This document shows positions 49,892-64,000 of a stretch of DNA of 64,000 bases, one piece after another. Below the pieces are notes generated by a model. It was given only the letters and a program-made list of their open reading frames with translations, was not told where the DNA came from and did not search any database. The DNA is from Folioceros fuciformis (lineage: Eukaryota). The stretch's first letter is position 1. Every line of letters begins with the position of its first letter. The DNA lies in assembly GCA_049999805.1 (NCBI GenBank), contig JBNGIO010006037.1:62001-126000 (forward strand), in the 5' to 3' direction. The translations under genes and the position numbers were made by a program.

Positions 49892-54735
<4,844 letters not shown>

Positions 54736-55966
54736 GGCACTAGCATCTTCCAACAGGCAACAACATCACTACACTGTCACCAACAACCAAAACCTGTGCA
54801 CACCTTCCTTAGCACATGCAGCAGTCCGGGTTTGAGGGAAGCACATGAGCAATTCAACAAATGGGCTGCTCTATCCCACTTTCTAAGCAGGAGCACAAGT
54901 CCAGCAGTCCCTAGATCACTTCCTACACTAGCAGCTGAATCAACACATAAAAACACGTACAGGGCCACATGCCCATGACCGAGCCAGCCTCCAGAGAGTT
55001 TGAAAACTGGAACGGAACAGATCACCCAAATCAACCCTGCAACCCCAACCCCAGCTACGAAACGCTCATTGAAGCTAAGTAAGTGCAGGTCTTCGGCAAG
55101 AGCAAGAGCAGATGCAGACGGCAACAGAGCTACAGGGCAGCAACGGGGCGGCTGCCAACGATGTGCTGAGGCACACAATCAAGGTTCACCCAAGCAGCAT
55201 GTTATGGGACACCGGCAAACTGGGCCAATCGGCAACCCTAATGCTCAATCCAGCAGCGATGAGGTGCAATCCATGAAGCTCCCAAGGCAGCACGCCATAG
55301 CCCACCCACCGTAAAATATTATCCGCGCATCTGTAATTACGCCAGCTTACATTTATGCTCTCGCAGACTACCCAACTGTATAGGTGGCCAGTTTTGTGTC
55401 CAGCACCACTACATTAGGTACCCATTTCCTACTTCCTATTTACCGTTTAATTAATTCTCGGCCCATTTTAACTCACCATTATTAGGTCACACTGCGGCAC
55501 ACTGGACTCCTATTGACCCTTTCTTCCGCAGGTCCACCTTGATTCAAGTCCGCACCTGGGAGGGACCTGGACTCTGCCCCGTCCCAAGGCGAAGAAGCCG
55601 CTTCCGGGCAGGCCGAGGGGCAACGTCCAAGGGAATTCCCAAAGCAAACTCACGGTAGGTATGTAGGTAGGTCAACCGTTCTTCTTTAGGGCACCGTTTC
55701 TTTTAACCTTCTCCTTCCTTGTCACGAAAGTGCTGCCTGCGCTTGCAACCAAGGGTGCGGCTGAGGCGGACTTGCGAACGAATACGAAAACAGCCATTCG
55801 CCTGCTTGCATTGTCTTGCTTGCGTAGTTCAGAGGAGGCAGGACTTGAGTTGGAGCGCTAACGGAGCAATGATTGGGACATGTGGATATGAACGGGGGAT
55901 CGGGGATTGTGTTTCTTATTGTGATCCACGCACCGAAACACCGGAATCGGTATCGGCATCGGAAGT

Positions 55967-58900
55967 TTACAAGGCATCCAAGAACATGTCTTCGGCGCCG
56001 TTTTCCTCTGCAGCTTTCATGAGACCAGACGAACCGGCATCACACTCCTGACTGTCCTTCCAAATGCCGTCAGCGCTCGCCATGGTGCAGTCCACCACCG
56101 TTCTTGTCTGGAGGAGAGACAGTACTCAAAACTAGGGGCCAAAGTGTTGGAAAGAGAGCGGGGTTTGACACCTTACCTCTCCTCCCATCAACAGTTGGAT
56201 GGCTCCGCGAGCCGCGTGAACTCGCCCTAGCAATCGCCAGAGGAAGTTATAGTCCTGCTTAAAACCTTCTGCTAATTCCAGCTCTTCCTTGGCCTGCAGC
56301 GGGCGCTGTTGAGTCAGGAATCGGAGCTGCGGTAGATTGCACCCAAAATAGGATCCCCCTGGAGACCATACCTTCTCGAGGAGGTCGTAGTTGGTGGCCT
56401 CCGCTGGTTTCTTAGCTGCTCTTTCAGTGAACTGCATTATTAAGAGCAAGGCGCGCTCGTAGGCAGCCATTGGAATGACGAAGAGCTCGTTTTGGACAAA
56501 GCAAGTCTCATCCCTACCGTCCAAAGTGGCAGGTGAACCAGGTCAATTTGCTTGTCAGACACGTTGCATCTGACGAGGCGAGAATCGGTCACGAACCTGA
56601 CCCTCTCCAAACAATCGTGAGCTTCTTCCAGTCTGCCAAGTTCTCGCAACGCTGTGCCTTTTACTAAGTTGCATACGGCAGCGTCATCTTCCGGTTCGTC
56701 ACACTCCTGTGTAGCGAGCGACGCACCAAGTTGTTACGTGCCAGGCTGATTACGGTAGGACGACCATCGAATTACACAGGCTTCCAGGGATTACCTCATC
56801 TTCGAACTCAGCGGCGTCGGACTCATCGGTACCATTGGGAGTACCAATGGTCTCACCGTCAGCTTGAGATTCCTTACAGACCACGGCCTCTGATTCCTCT
56901 ATGATCCCGATAACGCCCTCCAGTTCTTCTTTAGGCATCTTCAACAGTTGCGGCACGGAAAGAAAGGATCAGACTTCGGTCCCGCAGACTTCTACACGTC
57001 ACACCCATTTACATCAGGAAGTATGTGCCCGATGCGTGTATACCTGGGGGAAGGAGTTCCACAGGTAGAGGAAGGTCACTCCAGATATACGTCCCTGCAG
57101 ACTTTTGACTCCCTCTGGACTATCCAGGCCATGGTCCTTCACCTGCGCCAACATCATGCCGGACATTGATCACTCGACCCAGCCGTCCCAACTGCAAGCC
57201 TATAGGAACAGGAGAGCTTGTACCAACCATCCTGGACGCATATTGTTCCTCTGCCAATACACGGCCAGACAACGTTCCCCTCATCAATCCTTGAACCTGC
57301 CAAAGCCAAAAATCAATACGTCGTCCTCTGCAGAACTAGAGATCAACACAACCATCCCTCAAATTCACCCGGACTCCCACGGCAGGAAGCCTAATTGATG
57401 GCAAGCACTGCCTACAAAAACAAAAACGAAAAAAAACTGAACCAGGGGTTGACCTTACCCTCGCAAACTTGGCTGCAGCATATTCTGCCTCGCCTCTCAT
57501 AGACAGACACACGCCCTGTAACGTGGAGTGAAGAGTTAACAACATTACGAGCTTAGCAGGACTCACTACAAAGGTATGGAAGATAAAAATCTTGACTCAC
57601 ATGTACGTACGAGAAGAAGGCACGAGACCACACGCTTTCTTGCTCAAGCTCAGCCCAGTAGACCTCTGCATCTCCCCACTTTACCCAAAACAAAATGAGA
57701 ACCACCATTGCACAAGCAAACGGAACCTCCAAAGGCCAGAGCTGTCCTACTTACTCAAACCACAAATACAGCAAATTGGCCATACATACCTTAAGCTGTA
57801 ACATATGACCCAATCCAAGTTCATACACCCATGCGTGGCGTAGCTTGAAGAACTTCGAGTCAGGTGGAAGTTTCAGGCCCTGTTTCACACACGGGAACGA
57901 AGCTCAAGAAAAATGCCTGCCGAACCACCATGGAACCACCATGTATGTCGGAACAAAGTGGCGTTCTAACCTCATCAAGGTCCGAAAAATATCGCAGGGA
58001 GCCCTTCAGATCTTTCTTCAGTCTTTGAAGTCGACCCTTATAAAAGCTGCCAATACCCAGGGCCGGGCGGGTCAGGTCATGCAAAAGCTGTCATGTTTGG
58101 CAGCCTGATCAACCTAACAGCCTACAAGTATAGACGCAGTCACCTGAGGAAGAAACTTGCAGGGTACTTCCTATCTAGTAAATCTAGTATGCGCTCAGCT
58201 TCAGAGACATGCAGCTCCCGTTCCTTTCAAAAGGATACCAATGTTAGAATATGGATGACAATAAACTACTGCGGCCTTGCGATCCACTCCTCACAAGAGG
58301 TCTCAGATAATGGTATGCAGTAGAAAATGTCACCTGAGGAATAGAGAAGAATGAGGGCAATATTACATGATATGATAAAAGCAGCCTGCAAGCAGCAGCA
58401 TTCATTTCAACAGCGTCCACCACCCAGAGAAACTGAAGAAGAGTAAGACGGTAAAGGTGGGTCCCATGGCAAGGCAACCTACATTCCAGATACAGAAGAC
58501 CGCAAGCCTCCTCCTCGAAGACTCTGTTCTATAGCACTCAATCCAGCAGCTCGGTCGCAGGGGAAACCAAGCACTGAGAGCAAACGCAACAGCTTTGGAG
58601 GTAACAAAGATATGGCCAAGCTAAAGCCACCAGAACCGAGCCTTACTGCTCCAACGTCGTGCTCGCTCCTCCTTGCTCGGTGCTTTTCACAGCACAAAAA
58701 GCAGGGTAATTCACCATACGAAACAGTCCTCTTCAGGCCATATCACCCCGACGGATCTAGAGGCCATACCTGTCGCTGAATTATACCGTGACAAAGCTTG
58801 TAGCCACGAATCGCTTTCCGGATCAACAGCGCTGCCTGAACATCGCACATCACCAGTAGAGCAAAAACAACATATCAAAAGCTGACGGCTATCCTCATCA

Positions 58901-59628
58901 TCTATGTGAATACTCACCCTGAAGAAAGCAGCAATCGATTCCTCGAAAAAACAAAGAACTGCAGACAAGTACGTCGCTTCTGCCTCAATGATGCGGCTGC
59001 AACGCAGAAGATGACATGGTTACCACCTGCTCCCTGCAGCCAACCACAGACACAAAGCGCGAGGAAAGAATTGCAGACAAAGGTACCAAGTGAGCTCTTC
59101 TTCCGGAATCTCCTCGAGTTTGGGAGAAGGCGACGAGAAGTACCCCATGCCCCAAGAAGCAATGCTCTGCACCCAGCCCTGCTTTGGGATGTGCTCTGAA
59201 GCCAGAGTCGCAGCCTCTTGCAATCTTTCCATAGCTTGTTTTCTGCGATGCGACCGCACCACGCCATGCCTACAGTGTACACAAGGAGGCCGTGCAATTG
59301 CGCCAGAAGAAAAACTCCTCACCTGTCTTCTTCTGCGCCGGTGATGCCAGCCTTAGCAAAAAGTACGACAGCATGGCAGTGTGTGAAGATGGGAACAGAG
59401 CCGGCCACACAATCCTTAGTCTCCGCCCTCTCCTCCACAAACTTCTCAGCTTCATCGAACTTCCCCTGCAGAAAAAGCCTGAAGAGCACGTCCCGGAATC
59501 CAGTAAGCCACGACCCGGGCACAGCATAGCGACGCACAAGAAAAGGCCTTTCATGCTCCGCAGTGCACATACTTCAGCGCATTCTCCGCTTCATCGCACG
59601 CCCGGACAACTGCACTAGACACCTCCAT
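55967..59628 (-). CDS. TTC39/IML2-family TPR protein, multi-exon; N-terminus may extend further upstream
   Basis: 'ENALKLFLQGKFDEAEK', 'GSGGFSLAISLLPPKLLRLLSVLGFPCDRAAGL', 'FVIPMAAYERALL', 'YNFLWRLLGRVHAA' resemble TTC39 conserved blocks. Confidence 0.78.
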
Positions 59629-60608
59629 GGCAGCTACTTCTTTGCTCAAGTATGTCACAACTGGCCTGCTACATATTGGCCATCCAGGAGCTCAGAATTG
59701 ATTGGCATTTCTGAGCATGTCTTCCCGCCTTGCCTGCCTGGAGCCCGAATTGTAAGCCGCCTATCTTGGAGCCAATCTCCGATGGCTCATTACGGCCAAG
59801 CGACCCTGCCTGATTCAGCATCCAGAGAAAGCTCGAGGCCGGAACGGGGCTGGAACTGCAGATCGGGAGTCGAGAAGCGAGCTGGCCGAGTGTAGGTGGG
59901 CGAGCATCCGAGGGTCCTGCGGCATAATGAATAGTAATATCCGACCACGATAAGGGCCGAGACGAGGCGAGCCGGTCGTCCCGCTGGTGACCGGCTGGAT
60001 CGGACAGCGTTGCTTTCTGGCAGTTGAGGCATGGGTTCGGCGCGCTTATCACTGTTTGGAGAGCTTGCCGCTTTTTAGGCGGCTGCTGCCTGCGGGGGAT
60101 CGGCCACGATCTCTCAACGGGATGTGTTTTGTCCAGGATGATCCACGATTGAACAACCGGTGATGAAGATGGAGAATTGGTCAGACGATCTGTTGGATGT
60201 GAGGAGGAAGGGGATGGCCCAACAGGGATCTTTCCGAGTGTCCACAAAACAGGGTCACTTAGCATGGCTACTGAGTTTGGTTCGCAAGATGGCGTTGTTA
60301 GTCTCCGAGCGGCGCATCATGGATGGAGGAAACGCTTCTTCCTAAGACGCTGCATCACCACTGGAATCTACTGTATGAACTGTAAAATCTACTATCTTTG
60401 ACGTCTACCCCATGGAACAGTACACATAAACAGTCGTTCTTGGCTCATCTGAGGCGAGATCCCGGAAGACGCACAACCCGAACCGTGTAAGGCCTTCCGT
60501 GAGTACATCATTCCCTACCGTGCGTATGTACATGGTCAATGATATGGTACAGTACAAACAGCAGGTGCTGCTGGAGATTGACTTCACTCGGGGCTTGGTA
60601 CCCGGCTT

Positions 60609-63600
60609 CTAAACCAACGCAGGGGCTGGAAGCACGGCAGGCGCCGTGCCGTCATCTTTGGGAGGTACTTCCGGCTCCGGTAAGGCATCGGCATCCTTGC
60701 CAGAATCATCATCCACCTCCGTGAACCCCTGCTTGAATTTGTCGTAGTTACTCAACTCTGCAGGTTTGAAGGGCCGCTCCCCCAGAATCTGGATAAGGTC
60801 ATTCTGATGTAGCACTTCTTTCTCGAGAAGCTTTTGAGCTAGGGCCTCTACGCCCTCTCGGTGCTTCGTCACGATGTCCACAGTTCGCTGGTATGCTATA
60901 TCCACCCACTCCCGAACTTCGTTGTCAATCATCGCTGCTGTGTCATCACTGTAGGGCTTTGTCATCTCCATACCATCCTCTCTTTGTGGGAACGATAAAA
61001 GGCCTATTTTTTTGCTGAACCCGTAAACGCCTATCTGGGCATACGTCATCTTTGTCACCTTCTCCAAATCGTTCTGAGCGCCTGTGGAAATTTTGCCAAT
61101 CAAAACCTGCAGGAATTGAAGATACAAGGAAAGTCAGACACAAGTAAACGCAAACGGGTAACGGAAAACACATAACACTTGGGAATGCCTGCAGGCACAC
61201 CTCTTCTGCTGCCCGTCCACCAAGGATCATGCAGGTCATGTCCAGCAATTGTTCCTTTGTCATGAGGAGATTCTCATTCGGTAAGTACTGCGCAAAGCCC
61301 AATGCCGCAGAGCCTCGAGGAACAATGGATACTTTCAACAATGGCTCTGCATGCTCTAGAAACCATCCGGTGACTGCATGACCTGCTTCATGATACGCAA
61401 CGGTTCTCCTTTCCTCCTTGCTGATAACCTACTTGGACACCAAGGCATGACAGGCAAGTCACATCAGCATCAATCGGAGCCAAGTCACCATCAGATATAT
61501 AACCGACAAGGCAGAATCAAACGTTGCTCTTACCTTCAGTTTCTTCTCTAGGCCCCCAATTATTCTGTCAATGGCTGCCTCAAAATGTTCCATCGATATT
61601 TCTTCTTTGTCATTTCTGGCAGCAATAAGGGCGGCCTCATTACAGACATTCGCAATGTCTGCACCGGCAAAGCCTGGGGTCAGTGCAGCCATGCGCTCAG
61701 AATAGTACTGAATCTTCTGGTCCAGCTTCAACTTTTTCAGATATATCCGGAATATTTGCTCGCGACCCTTGATGTCAGGCCTGTCAATGGTGATCTGTCT
61801 GTCAAAGCGCCCGGGCCGTAGCAATGCTTTGTCAAGGATGTCAGGCCTATTTGTACCTGCAAGTACAACAACACCGGATGTGCTACCAAAGCCATCCATC
61901 TCCACTAGGAGCTGATTTAGAGTGCTTTCTCTCTCATCATTAGCACCTGCAAAGCCTCCTCTGCCTCGTGCCCGACCAATGGCATCAATCTCATCAATGA
62001 AGATAATGCTTGGACTCGATTGCCGAGCTTGAGCAAACAAATCCCTCACGCGTGATGGACCAACTCCTACAAACATTTCCATAAAATCCGACCCACTTAT
62101 CGCAAGAAAAGGGACACCTGCCTCTCCTGCTGTTGCTTTGGCCAAAAGAGTTTTCCCTGTGCCAGGTGGGCCCACTAGAAGAGCTCCCTTGGGAATTTTG
62201 GCACCAATCTCCTGGTACTTTTTGGGATTTTTCAAAAAGTGAACAAACTCCATAACTTCCTCCTTTGCCTCATCGCAGCCAGCGACATCCTTGAAACTGA
62301 CCTGAGTGCCAGACACAAGTATCAGTGATTCGACCACAAACGACTACACACCAAATAGTCAGCCTTGGAATGTACATGCATTGATAATCTTCCCCCCATT
62401 CCAGGAAGCATAAAAGGAAGGCATAATGCATCACTGAAACAATGTACCCACAGAATCATTGGCATTCATGTCTTTCCCACCTTATCCTTAGCCTTCTTTG
62501 AGAGCTTTGTGACCTGCGCCTTTCCAACACTGAATATGCCTCTACCCCCCATGCCACCACCACCACCGCCAATGCCAAATCCACCCTGCATCCTCCTCGT
62601 GAAGTAGATGTAGCCAGCGATTAAAAGTAGCGTAGGCGCAAGCCGCAGTAGCTCCTGCTGCCAACTAAGTTCTGACACATATGTCACTGAAACCTGATCA
62701 TGTGGATCGACGCCCAAGGCATCCTGTGCATCTTCCAGCTTCCTCTCGAACGACTCAATGCTGCCAATGTTGAAAAAATACTTGTACTTGGCATCATTTG
62801 TTGCAGGATGGTGGGAGTCAGTTTGCAAATCACCAAGATCACCTTGTGAGCCCGTCCGAGATGCCTTTACATATACTTTAGCAACACTTTTGTTTGATAC
62901 CTCAATGTGGTCCACAAGCCCTGGCTCAAGCAACTTATTCTTGAACTCCTGGAAGCTGATCTGTACAAAAGCGAAAGGCTGCGTTACAAGTACTGACAAG
63001 CTGGCAGATTCAGCTCGGACATACGGAAAAAGGAGACATAAGACAACCAGATTCAATGATCCATGCAATATCAGTCATGCTGTACGTTTACCTGCTCTGC
63101 ATCAACACGACCCATACCCAATGTGGCCAGGGCTGCGATTGTCAGCAAACCAGTGGTGACCAAAGCCTGAAACGAGGCCCATGGCACTTCTATCGATGGA
63201 TTTGGATCTTCAGATTTCTGCTCCTCTGTAAGTAATTTGAAGTTCATGTTAGCCGCCAATAAAGATGGGATGATTTCGACTACATGAGCTGCATCAGCCT
63301 TACCGTTTTTGGGATCTTTCTCGTTTTGACCTTTCGGTATTCCCTTCTTATTCTTGGGATAGAAATTCTCATAACCTGTTCCACCCAGAAAAGCGAACGA
63401 GATGAGAATATTTATCCAGCACGGCAGAAAAGTGGCAACGCGTTATACAAACCGACCCTTACTCTTTTTCCTTGGAGTCTCGCTGCAGAGCAGCCTTCGC
63501 CAGCCAGGACTCTCCAGCAAATTCCTTGCTACATTCGGTCTCACAAGGCCCCCCCTTGCCGGACCTAGCGTCTGAAACATCCATGCTGGTGTATGTGTTG

Positions 63601-63987
63601 ATAGCAACCTCCATGTTACAAGGCTGGACCTACTAGGCAAGTGCCACAAGCCACCACCCGCACGGGGCAAGAAACTCAACGGCTGGACTAGACCCCGCAC
63701 ATCAGATGCCGTTGTATATGATCTAGAGACATGTTGTCGAAGAGCTCCAACCGAAGTGCCATCCCTCACAATTTCCTTCTGCAATAACCGCAATCCAAAC
63801 CCATGGCAACAGAATGTCAGAGACAAGAAAGGACTCTGCTGCTACCGGGCAAGCAGGAGGAAAATCAACGAGAGAAAGAGGTGCCAGCTACACGAAAAGC
63901 TCAATCAGAGGACATCGAGCCAGAAAGAAGACTCACGATGAGCCGGCGAAGAGAACATGCCGCTCTGCTGTACCGCCGTGTTGACAT
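60609..63987 (-). CDS. FTSH3: Mitochondrial m-AAA protease, FtsH3/FtsH10 (AFG3L2) type, multi-exon
   Basis: Presequence-like '[17 protein letters not shown]'; 'YYF/YFFNIGS'-type block '[16 protein letters not shown]'; Walker A 'GPPGTGKT'; Walker B 'IIFIDEID'; '[10 protein letters not shown]'; Zn site 'AYHEAGHAV'; '[12 protein letters not shown]'. Confidence 0.96.
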
Positions 63988-64000
63988 GAGGTCCACAACC

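Noticed and set aside
59669-60265. 198-aa Ser/Pro-rich ORF between the TTC39-like gene and FtsH
   Set aside because: No recognisable domain; it may be UTR or an upstream exon of the TTC39-like gene and cannot be supported as a separate gene.

Overview
A gene-dense eukaryotic nuclear window with short (~80-130 nt) GT-AG introns. The gene set (Pol IV/V second subunit, type II metacaspase, plastid DapF, DNA-PKcs, centriolar CCDC61) points to a seed-free land plant with flagellated sperm; the compactness suggests a hornwort or other bryophyte (inference). In order: 5' part of DNA-PKcs (-, runs off the left edge); a decayed NRP(D/E)2 paralog (-) head-to-head with an apparently intact NRP(D/E)2 (+); a small coiled-coil ORF; mitochondrial ATP-Mg/Pi carrier; LAS1; a small orphan ORF; intronless PDH E1-beta; type II metacaspase; intronless serine decarboxylase; a repeat-rich, probably TE-derived block; DapF; CCDC61/VFL3; MsrA; KDM5/JARID demethylase; TTC39/IML2-like protein; FtsH3/10 m-AAA protease. 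The strongest novelty candidate is a ~290+ aa low-complexity insertion near the N-terminus of the NRP(D/E)2. It carries WG/GW (Argonaute-hook-like) motifs, which are classically found on the Pol V largest-subunit CTD rather than the second subunit, and it is interrupted by an assembly gap. Family calls come from motif recognition by eye; no database search was run and exon boundaries are manual.
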